NCBI GenBank assembly: GCA_977017575.1 | Contig: CDRNVI010000044.1 | Coordinates: forward strand, 434,001-498,000 | Direction: 5' to 3' | From: Paramoeba atlantica | Taxonomy: Eukaryota; Protista; Discosea | Length of the DNA stretch: 64,000 bases | Shown here: positions 10,352 through 21,900 of the stretch, one piece after another | Layout of the letters: each line of letters begins with the position of its first letter | Numbering within the stretch: position 1 is the first letter of the stretch | Position numbers and translations under genes: made by a program | Notes under the pieces: generated by a model | What the model saw: the letters and a program-made list of their open reading frames with translations, nothing else | What the model was told of the DNA's origin: nothing | The model's database searches: none

Positions 10352-13300
10352 CAACACAGGTAAACAGCAGCCTTAATATAGTGAAGAATCATTTCAGCAT
10401 GGTAGGGGGTAGTGTTTACAAAGGTCATGAAGCAATAAGTTTACCTACTGCACCAAAACGGTTGGCAAAAATTGATGATGGTGAATTTCGAGTGGAGGAA
10501 CTAACTGCTGCGATGGTAGAGATTAAGTCAGGAAAAGCTAAAGGCGATGATAATATCCCGGTTGAAGCTTTACGTGCTATTTCAGCTGATCAAGACTTGC
10601 GGAATGCTCTCCTGGATATAATGAACGAAGTGCGAAAAACCGGAAAAGCGGATGAATCTTTGAAATCGATATTGCAGGTCCCATTGCCAAAGAAAGGTAA
10701 CTTGCGCTCACTCACAAATTGGAGACCAATCTGTCTTTTGAATCATGTAGTGAAGATTTTGAATCGAATCATTTTAGACAGAATACAACCAGCAGTGGAA
10801 AGTTCGCTTCGCGGGAATCAATTCGGCTTTCGACCTAACCGCTCAACAGCTGGCGCTCAGGCAATGTTTTTAGAAATAATGGAAAAATCACGCCGAGGGG
10901 CTGGGGTGTTCGTCTGTTCCGTCGACTTTCAACAAGCCTTTCCTTCATTATCATTCGCTGCGATAAAAGAGACATTACGTGCTTTCGATATTCCCGAAAA
11001 TCTCAGTTCTACGATCATGTGTATTTATCAAAATCTCAAATCGCACGTGAAAACACCATACGGTAATACAGACTCATTTCCACTTTTACAGGGGACTCTT
11101 CAAGGTGACGTTCTGGCCCCATACCTGTTTATTATGGTTCTTGATCGTATTTTAGTTGAATCTATCGACATAAATCACTTAGGGCTTGCGACACATAGCT
11201 CAGGAACTAGGAGCAGAGGCCTTAAGGAACTGCGTGTTAAGGAACTGCGTGATATAAATTCTGCTAATGATATAGTTCTCTTCTCCGAATCCAAGGAGGA
11301 GCTAAGCACAATGTTGCACAAACTTAAAACTTCTGCAGAAAAAGCTAATTTGAAAATAAATGTCGGACCAAACAAAACGGCATGGATGACACTAGGCAAA
11401 GTTAAGGATGATGGAAGACCTCTGCAAATCAAAACTTAAGCGACACTCGGCGATATACCAAAAGTTACATCTTATCGCTACTTGGGTAGCACTCAGAACG
11501 AGGAGGATCGCAGCTCAAACTCACAAGAACGTGTACGATTAGGTTTGGCAATAATGCACAATCTCAAAGCCATATGGAGTTCTACTATGTCACCAAAAAG
11601 CAAATTACACATCTTTAAGTCTCTCGTTCAATCAGTGGTCTATTATAATCCAGGGACTTGGAATTTAAATCAGAAAGAGCTACATGAAGTGGAAGTCCAA
11701 ATGAACAGAATGAGGAGGGTCGTATTGGGAGTCAAGTGCTCGAAAGAGGCGCATTGCGGAGTAGACTCCCACTGACCTAAATCCCAATACTGTGATACAA
11801 TTACAACGTTCCTCGCTAGTAGGCCACCTTATTCGTCACCCTACTCCATTCGTAACTGCCGTACTATGGAGAACGAATGATGAGAGTTCCAAGCCCTCGC
11901 TATCAGAAAAATGTGCAAAAGAGTTACATTCTGACGTATCTGAGATTCTAAAACTTGGTCAAAATCGGTCTCAATGGTGCAAGAAACTTGAAAATCTTCA
12001 AAATCAACTTGAACCCAGGCCCTCGCACACTAAAACAACTTCAAAACTATGGGAAAATCTTTTTGTAAAGGGGGTAAACAAGGGGTGCTACGAAACCCTA
12101 CAATACATTGAAGAAGGGCGGCAACCATTTCCAATCGGGCCAAATGAAACACACATTTATACAGATGGAGCACGAATTGTTAAAAAGGATGAAACTCACA
12201 CAGGTTGTGGGCCGCGAGCCCTCCATGTCTATTGGGTTAAAACCTCCCCATGAATTCTCTCAATCTATTCAGGAAATAGAATCCTTTGCCGCGCACGAGG
12301 CTCTTCTCATCGCATTGTCCTACGACGGAGATGTCATTTTGCACACGGACTCTGAGTATGTTTGGGATTTCTTTCATGGAGCTGGTTCAGATTCATAGGA
12401 TTTAAATCGTTTGAGGGAGGCGCTATACTTCAGAAATTGCAAGAAACATATGTTTCGCTAAGAGGGACACAGCGTTTCTACTGCGTAAAAGTTAAAGCGC
12501 ATAACGAAAATCCACATAATTATATGGCAGACTGGGTGGCTAAACAAGCAAGTAAAATAAGCAAGGGAGAAAAGGCTTTGAGATTCTACGGCGAGATTCC
12601 TCATGCAGAAGACAAGCGCAAAAACCATACCAATGGTGATTCTAATGGCAGCAAAATGCAGCGCAAACTTAAATTGGTAACCTCTAGCCAAATATGCACC
12701 CATGGTGAGCACGTAAAAATATTGCCAAAAAGTAGGACAGTTAGCAAAGGCAAACGTGCAGAGATAGAAACGGAAACGAAACGCACAAGATCACAAGAAC
12801 GCGTACAGTCCAACAACACAAAAAGGCTAAAGGACATTGAGTCAAAGCAACAGTTGCCTCATGTAGCACGTATTGTTATTAGTGATCGGGTTAAATTTAG
12901 AGCTCCGCAAAGAAAGAGGAGTAATCAGTTATACCAGGAGAATGATGAGCCAAGCTATGAAAGTCTGGGCACAAAGGGGTCACGTCAAAAAACACTCAGT
13001 AAAAGAGAGAACTGCGTCAAAAAGACAGAAAACCGTCAGGGGAAAGACGATAGATCGCGCACTAAGAACGTATTACGAACACCAAAGAAATGATACCCCC
13101 CTCATACCCCCCTTTATCGCATTTTCTGAACAGGTGAGTGATAGTTTGATAAGGTGATATGCTGTTGTTTCTCGTGAAAATATTTTATTAGGTAAACCGT
13201 TTGTGCTGAAAATGAAAAGTCGATTTCATATCACAATTATTTGACTAAGTACTGGAACGTCATCCACCTCGAATGATTAGGATACATGGAAGTTGTTGCA

Positions 13301-13422
13301 AGATGTTTTTGAAAAGCTTCTGGTGAATATGTTAGTTTTGTGGACACCGCCAAAGTGTTTTATGGGTAGGAGAAATTTGTGAAGCTTTCAACTGGTACAT
13401 ATTAATTTATTATCCCAGTGAT

Positions 13423-13808
13423 GGTTGGTTGGTTGGTTGCTTTCGGGGGCAATCCGGGTGCAGAGAGCTGCGACAGAGCCGAGGTGCGGAGAGCTTGGCG
13501 ACCGTCAGGTGCGGAGAGCCGTAAACGCGGGCAGCGAGGGACACGTCTAGTGGTCCTCAAGGGAGGCCACCGTGACGCCTATCCCTCTCGGAGAGGTAAG
13601 GGTCGCGAGGAAAGAAGCCGAGAGAGGGAAGCACTCACTCCAGGGGAGTGCGTCGGGGAGGGGTGAAGGGATGAAGGAGCGCCCTCTGCTTCAGCGATCA
13701 AGAGGGACAGTTCCAGCCTTAGCGCCGGCCGGCAACGGGCATGAAAATACAGTAAGAGTATGCCCGTTGCCGGGGAAAGAGAGGATGAACAACAAGGTAC
13801 AGAAACTG
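13423..13808 (-). mobile_element. SL-capped short structured retroposon ending in (AACC)4
   Basis: Starts with CAGTTTCTGTACCTTGTTG (13808-13790); perfect 14-bp hairpin CCGGCAACGGGCAT/ATGCCCGTTGCCGG; three GCTCTC(C/T)GCACC repeats; microsatellite tail at 13423-13438. Confidence 0.65.
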
Positions 13809-13810
13809 AT

Positions 13811-14510
13811 GGTGTTGCTAATCCCTGGACAGTATGCTGCCCAGGGGCACAGCAACTCCCCATTATCTCGGCGTAGTAAACATTCTAAACAATCGTTAAC
13901 ATTCTTTATCGTTAACATTCTAAACAATAGGTCATAAAGATTTCGAATAACGGATCACAAATGTCACAAACAATCTGTCATAAGGCTGCGAACATCATAA
14001 AGATCTAAAATCCTGCATCTTAAAGAAAACTTCTAATATTAGCCGTGTGTTTTTTTTTCTTTTCTATCAACGCGACCCGCGTAATACATCCAATAATGCG
14101 GCGTTAGCAATATATTTACAACCTACAACTTACTCGCTTACTCGTCCCCCACGGCGGGATGTAATTTACCAACCATTTTTTTTTCTTTTTTGCAAAAGCG
14201 ACCAGGGCGAGATCTTGCTTCCCCTCACGGGACTTTACATCTTCTCGGGGAGGCCCCCAACACAAATTCTTTCAACAGATCCAAATCATTCGTGCGTACT
14301 TCGCACCGGATCTTCCGACTTCTGTTCAGCCTGCTCCTTCTCGTGCCACGAGATGCGCGAGAGCTGGGCATTTGCCTAGAGCGGCATGATCACGTTTTTT
14401 TTTCTCTCGGCGATTACAGTTCCAGGCAAGCCAAGGCGTGTTTACTACGCCGAGATAATGGGGAGTTGCTGTGTCCCTGGGCAGCATACTGTCCAGAGAT
14501 TAGCAACACC
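13811..14510. repeat. 72-bp inverted repeat pair (13811-13882 and 14439-14510), each a nested hairpin
   Basis: 70/72 identical; the right copy extends to a GATAATGGGG/CCCCATTATC stem (14454-14519). Confidence 0.85.
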
Positions 14511-15089
14511 CCCATTATCACAGACTTCATAAGCATCTTGGAACCGGGACCAAGCCCAGTACGCCTGGCAAGCCATGGCACCGAATAGCTCTTCTTTTTT
14601 CTCCTTTCTTCTTCTTATCTCTCAAAAGCGGGACCACATGCTTGCTCACATCGTTCGAAGATCAGTTTCGGACGTCATATCCCGAGTCACCTACCGTTCG
14701 TAAAGCACACTAACATTCACAAAGACCACCGCTACTAAAAGCTCTAAACTGCGGTACGTTTGACGGCGCGCTGGATCAAACAGCGAGGCGATCACATTTT
14801 GAAAAGTAGACTTCCTTATTTCTATACCCTCTTTTCTTCACTTTTTCAAAAGTAACAATTCGAAACAAAAGCTTCTTTTTCTCTCTCTGACAATCGTAGG
14901 AAATGTTCACACATTTCCAGAGCACCTTCATCCTACAAACATCAGTCAAGCTATGGATGGTGCCACCAATCCTCCTCTTCTTCCGTCACCTCAAAAAGGA
15001 CTTGAAACAATACATTAAAAAACAACATCAAATCGGATCTGAATCTCCGATACTCCGGTCGAAATCTCCTCATCACGCAGACAAAGTAC

Positions 15090-15515
15090 AAACCTCACTA
15101 CACCAATTGTAGCGGAAACAGAGCCATAAAAGGCCTAAAAGATCATAAAATCCGGAACGCAAAACAAGTCCAAAGGACCTCACTACACCAATTGTAGTGG
15201 AAATAGAGCCATAAAAGGAATCGGATCATAAAATCCGGAACGCAAAACAAGTCCAAAGGACCTCACTACACCAATTGTAGTGGAAATGGAGCCATAAAAG
15301 GCATCGGATCATAAAATCCGGAACACAAAACAAGTCCAAAGGACCTCACTACACCAATTGTAGTGGAAATGGAACCATAAACGGCCTCGGATCATAAAAT
15401 CCGGAACACTAAACAAGTCCAAAGGACCTCTCACTACAAGTGTAGTGGAAACAGAGCCATAAAGGGCCTCGGATCATAAAATCCGGAACGCGAAGCAAGT
15501 CTCAAAGACCTCACC
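15090..15515. repeat. Tandem repeat, about 83-bp unit, about 5 copies
   Basis: CCTCAC starts at 15093, 15178, 15261, 15344, 15427 and 15509; internal hairpins CACTACA/TGTAGTG and CGGAT/ATCCG. Confidence 0.95.
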
Positions 15516-15961
15516 ACACGACGGAACGGTTCACCGAGGAACGGCCTTTATACCAGGACCAAACCCAGTGACAGGCATGCCCATTGGCACCGCAGATCAA
15601 CTCCCTCCTCCCGTTCTTGTCATCATTCTAGGTTTTGAAACGTAAAACAAAACTCTAAGGGGTGTGTAATGTGTTAAGCATCTTTTATTAGATACGTCAC
15701 ACAGATGCGTAGCCGTAAAGGCATTGCATTAGAAATCCGCGAAAAAAAAGGAGTGCAAAACTGACCCGCCTGCGCGAGTCGTATAAGGTGCGTCACACAG
15801 ACAATTTCATTTTTTCTATCCACTTCGTTTCCTTTACTTCCAGTACACTGGAAAACAACACAAACAGCAGTGGTACAGTGTGATGATCAGCAGTCTTTGC
15901 CTACAATAATCATTAAATTTACGACTACAAGAAATCTACCCTTAATGATGATTCTAAGTGA

Positions 15962-16215
15962 TGTGCCAACAGTCAGTCCCGATGGATCTCGAGGCAAAGT
16001 ATAACCACCAACCGTCAGTTCCGAAGAACCTCGAGGTGAAGTGCCAACCGTCAGTCCCGAAGGACCTCGAGGCAAAGTGAACCACCAACCGTCAGTCCCG
16101 AAGGACCTCGAGGCAAAGTATAACCACCAACCGTCAGTTCCGAAGAACATCGAAGTGAAGTGCCAACCTTCAGCCCCGAAGGACCTCAAGGTAAAGTATA
16201 ATAATAATAATAATA
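15962..16215 (+). repeat. Tandem array of 36-42-bp units (6 copies) ending in (TAA)6
   Basis: CCAACCGTCAGTCCCGAAGGACCTCGAGGCAAAGT units of 42, 36, 41, 42 and 36 bp. Confidence 0.9.
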
Positions 16216-16387
16216 ATCGTCGTAGTCACAAAGGTCCTCGGGGTAGTGCATTTTGGCGCGGAACGGTATGTTTTCCCCCATCAGGGCTAAAACGAACCGG
16301 AATAAAATCACGAATGTGGTGCCAGGCTCGTTCCCACATGGAATGTCAACATGTAAATAAAATATGTATATCCTATCTTTGGATCGG

Positions 16388-16640
16388 AACCTAAATTTCG
16401 TGCTGCTTACGCAAAGGAGGCTTGAGACACAGCCTACACGATGCAACGGGGTTGGATCCCGTCATGTTAGCTACGGGATGTAGCCGTGCTCGGGTCGCAA
16501 GGCGTCGAGTACCTTCTGGGAAGGGGTGGCCTGAGACTGTACCCTAACGGTTGGCTCCGTGTTTTCTGTCTTCTTCTTCTTCTTCTTGAGCACGACACGC
16601 TTCAAACATTGTCCTCTTCTTCTTCTTCTTCAAACATTGA
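16388..16640 (+). mobile_element. 3' end (ORF C-terminus + 3'UTR + (CTT)n tail) of a non-LTR element, shared with the SINE
   Basis: KFRAAYAKEA-TGA followed by conserved hairpins; two (CTT)n tracts at about 16568-16630. Confidence 0.6.
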
Positions 16641-16689
16641 GTTCTTGTCACTCCGCCTCCGAGCAAAACGAAACTCAGTTACCTGAAAC

Positions 16690-16830
16690 CTGAGCTCTCA
16701 TTACCCAGTTTAAAGTAGGCGAAAAAACCCAACTCCGCGGCCACGTGATCATAAAGGTATATAACGTTGTTGTCACTTGGGAATGGTTCTGGGCCTCCCT
16801 CGGCGTACTTCACGGATGGAAGATCATTGT
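16690..16830 (-). pseudogene. LINE fragment at the thumb/RNase H junction
   Basis: LPSVKYAEGGPEPFPSDNNVIYLY resembles ETLQYIEEGRQPFPIGPNETHIY of copy B. Confidence 0.5.
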
Positions 16831-17599
16831 CTCGGTGCCAGCCGCTTAACCCATAACCAGTGTACATTTTAGGGTTCTCTAGCCCTGTTTTTTGCCATCA
16901 TTTCCCGGTAAACCGCGTGGCCTGGTACGCTTATGAGTTCCTTTCTCTCAAAACCGGGGAACTGACAAGCAGGGGCGTGAAATAAATTTATGAACGGGTC
17001 TCCCCAGTTGGAACTCTTTATATCCAGCGACCTGCAACGGAGCACCCTTGGGTAGAAAAAGCCAAACCTGGGTCCAAAACATCTGACACGGAAACCAAAA
17101 ACCAAGACGAAAACTGTTTGACCACGAGCGAAACCTCATAGATCGATGCTGCTCCCATAATTACAACAACAAAAACAAAGACACTGATATTTGAATATCA
17201 GTTAAAGGGTCTGTAATTTACACCATAAAATAGAACCCACCTACGTACAAGCTCACTTGGCATTTACGCGTAGAAGCATCTTCTACGACCATGAAATACA
17301 TACTTCCTCATTACTTTCTTTGGTAAATAACCCGTTAGGTGCGAATGCGGCTTCCGGCGCTTTGCTCTCATAACCATTTGACTTCCTTATCTGTTGGCTC
17401 TATATTCCTGTTTTTGCCTAGGGCAAAGAGCGATAAAGGTTAATAAATCCAAACCTTATTGACAAAATCAATATCCTATCTCTCTTCTTCATAAAACGTA
17501 TATTAATACTAATGGCATAGTGTATTTAACGACTTCCCTTAGCATGGTTTTGCTTTCCTCATTTGCTCAATGAGATCTCCTTGTAGATTTTTGCATCTT

Positions 17600-20500
17600 G
17601 CTCTCATCTCTCTCTAAGCGAGCGTTTCCTCTGAGGGGTTCTTCCCGTAAGTACTGATATGCAAACTGGGATCTCATTCTTGACGCATGTGTCACTCTTG
17701 CGCAGTTTTGTACCAACTTTTTCATTGGTTTTGGTCGATTTTCCTTTCGAACGGATGCGTTTCAATGTTTTTGATGAATGGGTTCTACTAACAACTTCAT
17801 TTTGAGAAAGAGCCTCAGATTTGGGGGGATGGGGTGTTTCCTCTTCAGCCCTCACCTGTGTAAATGCAAAAACTGCCAAAGTCCGTTTTTGTAACGATTT
17901 TGTCGTTAAAACTTTTTGTCTGTGTTCAGTGGGGTCATGTTTCGTCTTTTGGAGCAGGATTTTTCTTCCAAACCACGGAAACAAAAGGAGGCGTTTTCGT
18001 CAGACTGTTGAGAAGCTCTTTTCGCAAGCCAGTCCGATGTGTCATTATGTGGGTTCCCTTCATGCCCCCTAACCTTGATGATGAACACGCGTCGGTCCGC
18101 TTCTAATTGAAAGAAGACACGATGTATCTTTGATAAGAGGTCCGAATTTTCAAATTGGTGAAACCCGAATAGAGAAAACCTGTTCCGAATCACATGGAAA
18201 AATTCCCATACATACGCAGAGTCTGTGTGAATGATAATATCCTTCTCATGCTTCATTGCCATCTGCAGAGCCTCATAGACAGCATAAAGTTCCGCAGCTG
18301 TTATTGTGAGTGATATTTCTGACGGAGGTTTTAGTCCTACAAGTGTCTTTTCTACCCGATTGCCAAATAACACAATACCGCAACCTGATGAAATTCCTGT
18401 TTTCGTTGTTCTTAATGCGCCGTCTGTGTATAAATGCAAGGAATCCGTAAGGAAGTGAAAAGGCACCGCATCTTCTTCTACGAATTGTAATGACGAGTAG
18501 ACTTTTTGCTTCATTGAATCCTGTTTGGTTTTTTCCCATCTTGGAGATTCTATAGGAAGATAATTCGGACGTGGCTCAAGGCGCGCCTTTCAACGATCAA
18601 CATTAGAGCGCCAGCGTGTTCTGTCTTTAGAAATTTGAATAACATCGGGAACAGACAAGCTTAGATCATCGGAACAAGATTCAGACAGACAGGTTTGCGT
18701 CTTTCGTTCACGTTCTCGCCAGAGAATCGCCACACTGAAAGGAGAATCGTGTCGAAGAAGATGGCCTATAAGCTGCGCTCTCTGTATTTTCGCCACCGTG
18801 CTAAGCTTTGAATCATTTTGATACAGAGCTTCTGTTCGAATACCCCTTTTCCCATCCCAAGTACGGCCTACACCACACACCATTCTGCGCATTTTGTTTA
18901 CCTCAATATCTAATTCCCGGAGCCTATTGGTTGATATACCCCATGCTCCTGAATTATATTGCACTACTGGCATCACAAGTGTACGGAATACTGTCATACG
19001 GCTCGAGATTGGCAAAGGTGATTTCCAGATCGGCCTAAGTTTATGCATCAATGCCCACCCAAGTCTCATTCGTTCGTTGGGTGCAACATTTCGATCCTCG
19101 CTTTCCTGCGTGCTTCCTATTTGTAAACTCTGGGGATATGCCCTATACCCGGTATTATAAGTTCGCCCCCGCTATCAGAAACCTTTCCCATAGTCATCCA
19201 AGCAGTTTTATTGACCCCCAAGTTAATACCGAGGTTTGCCTTCCGAGCAGCTCGGTAAAGACTCTCTAACATGTCAGCGAGTTCTACTTTAGATGAGGCA
19301 AATAAGACTATATCATCGGCGTAGTCGATATCCGAGATACGCAAATGTTTCTCACCACGGCTTTTCGATCCTGTAGAATATGTTATTAAACCAGACCCTT
19401 TAGCATCGAGCGCTTCTGCCAATATCCGATCGAGTACCATGATAAACAGATAGGGTGCGAGAACGTCTCCTTGCAGAGTACCATTGCTAATTGAAAAAGA
19501 TTCCGTGTTTCCGTACGGTGTCCTTACGAATGATGTTAGACCGTCATACATACTCATAATCACTTTCGAAAGGTTTTCTGGTATATTGAAAGAATGAAGT
19601 GCTTCACGTATGGCAGAAAAAGAAACTGATGGGAAAGCTCGTTTAAAATCCACAAATGACACCGCAACTCCTTCACCCCTCAAGGCCTTGGCGGTGATTT
19701 CCAAGAAAGTAGCTTGAGCACCAGCAGTAGACCTATGTGGACGAAAACCGAACTGATTCGGCCTAAGCATGTTTTCTACCGCTGGTTGGATTCGGTCGAG
19801 TACCATCCGATTCATTATCTTTACCACGTGATTAACAATGCACACCGGCCGCCAGTTAGATAGAATACCCAAATTTCCCTTTTTTGGAAGCGGAACTTGA
19901 AGTATCGTTTTCCATTTATCTGAAACAGCCTCCGTTTCTCGGACATCATTTATTATTTGAAGTAACGTCCCCATCAATCCGTCATGCGAGTTCAAAGATC
20001 GTAGAGCTTCGACTGGGATGTCGTCGGAACCAGCCGCCCTTCCGGCCTTTACCTTCTGCAGAGCTTTGCGCAGCTCATGGAGGTTAAACTCTTTATCATT
20101 TATCCCAATCATGCTCTTTGTCGATAGGGGAAAATTCAAATTTTCTACTTTTGTCAGCTCTTGCTGTCCAATTGCCTGGAAATGATTCTTTACAGTAGAA
20201 AGGCTATCCTGAGCAGTATCTCCAAACAAAGAAAATTCCTTACGATTGTCTCCTACAATGTTACGTATGGTGCGATATGCGCTCTTTGGGCGTTTGTATA
20301 AATCTTCTTCTAGGACTTTACATTACTCCGTTATGCTTTTATTGATCTGTTCTGCATGTGCTTTCGCAAAAGTATCAAATTTGCGCTGATTCCTGGACAC
20401 CCTTAATATAGTTTTCATGTCAAAACTCCCGGGATCAGACGTATCATTCGCAGCTCTATTTATATTGTTATCAGTAACGCGTAGAGGTAGTTTTCCGGAA

Positions 20501-21885
20501 GCTTCCTTCACAGCCGTAGATAATTTATCCCACAGTAATGGTCCAATCTCATCATCTCTCGATCTCTTGTTTCCCCCATCCATTGCCACCTCCACATTTT
20601 TGATGAAGGCATCTTTTATGCCCTCATTTCGAAGAGATCCCCAAAACGGTTTTCGGTTTCCCGCATTACTTTTGGCTTTCCATCGTATTTTTAGCCCTGT
20701 AATAACAACACAATGTCGCGTAGCTATTGGTGCCAGGAGCACCTTCTGAGAACGAATGGCAGAACAAAAGCGATTGTTTGTAATAATATGATCCAGCTGC
20801 TTCGTGAGTCCAAGTGGATGCTTCGGAGTAGGGGGAAACCGATACGTCCATTTTCTCTCCGCACTGCAACATTCATGTGCGGATTTCGCTCCAATTGATA
20901 GTAGAAACTTCTTAAATTCTCGTGTACGTTTAGAAGAACACTTTTTCCCCATAGATGTTTGCAGGGGAGAGTTCATATCCCCACAGATGATTTTCAGCGA
21001 GCTTTCGGAGTCATGCCATGCGTCGAAGAGTTCTTCATCAAACTCAGATTGCGTAGTTTTCTTTGCTCCTGCTGTAGGAGAATAAACGTTGAATACGCTT
21101 GCATTAATATCTCCAACTTTCATTGTACCCTTCATTATACGATCATTGATTTTGTCAACATTCATTGGTAAAAGACTTAAAATCGCCATCCCGTTATACC
21201 CCTTAACGGCACTCATAAAATATAGATGAATATTCATGCCACCCAGATAGAGCCGACGGTGGATAATAGGCTCTTCGCTTTCAAACGACAAACGCGTTTC
21301 CTGCAGGGTCATTATGGTAACACCGTAACTCCGCATGAATGCCACGGCCTGGTATAGACGATAACTGCGACGTAGAGCAAATGCGTCCGCGGACTTGCAT
21401 TTCAATGTGTCCACATTTAGGGTGCTCACCACAAACCCCCCTCTCATAGCTTGAATCTTGGGTCTCTGCTCTCGGGCGCCACGCCGAAAACAGGTTTTGC
21501 GCTTCCGATTGCGTCCGTGTAATGATTTTGGGAGTATTCCAACCCTGCCTCCCAGCACATGGACACGTTCATCTCTCGGTGGAAACGGGAGGAGCCGTCC
21601 ATTCATCAAGTCGTACTTAACAAGCCAATTAGACCCGCCAAGCGAAGAATGAACAACCCCTTCCCAAAGTGTAATGCGTTCGCGGTAGGCCATGCGCCAA
21701 ACAACAGCCACACGTTTTCCAACTCCAAAAACCTTCGACATCTGCAAAAGGGCACGCTGCCGGAGTTTTGTTACACCCCCCCTCTGCTTTGGAGGCAGAA
21801 AGAGGTTGCCCCGACCACACCTGGCCGTTCGGAGTTTGTCACGAACTTCCAACAAACCATCTAACGGTCCGGAGGCCGCCGCCAT
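17600..21885 (-). mobile_element. Near full-length APE-RT-RNase H non-LTR retrotransposon, copy C (ingi/L1Tc/I-like architecture)
   Basis: APE: STLNVDTL, TLQETR, NVYSPT, ICGDMNS, QLDHII; RT with intact YADD; RNase H LYTDGA/AELYA/IHTDS/VRGHEGNPHNDTSD; one in-frame TAA at 20323 and frameshifts near 19117 and 18550. Confidence 0.95.
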
Positions 21886-21900
21886 TTTGTATCAACGTAT

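Larger units (their letters stand above)
9637..13093 (+). mobile_element. Non-LTR retrotransposon copy B (post-APE linker, RT, RNase H, basic tail), inactivated and interrupted by a SINE
   Basis: KPFWEALKN linker, LPKKGNL..NWRPICLLN, QFGFRPNRS, VDFQQAFPS, QGDVLAPYLF; YADD degraded to SAND; in-frame TAA at 11437; frameshifts before and within RNase H (HIYTDGA, LHTDS, VKAHNENPHNYMAD). Confidence 0.92.

Noticed and set aside
14620-15060. Additional divergent LINE fragment (RDHMLAHIVR; TFP...AMDGA)
   Set aside because: Resemblance to the thumb and RNase H motifs is too weak to call without a profile search
15090-16215. Tandem arrays as CRISPR
   Set aside because: No unique spacers, no cas genes, eukaryotic context
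16316-16326. GTGGTGCCAGG match to the L1Tc Pr77 hallmark
   Set aside because: 11 nt only; the complementary P1 strand and the rest of the signature are absent
21760-21885. HDV-like ribozyme at the LINE 5' end (GGGCAAC followed by a strong hairpin)
   Set aside because: No P3/L3 of the right size could be placed, and J4/2 has T where the catalytic C is required; worth only a cmscan
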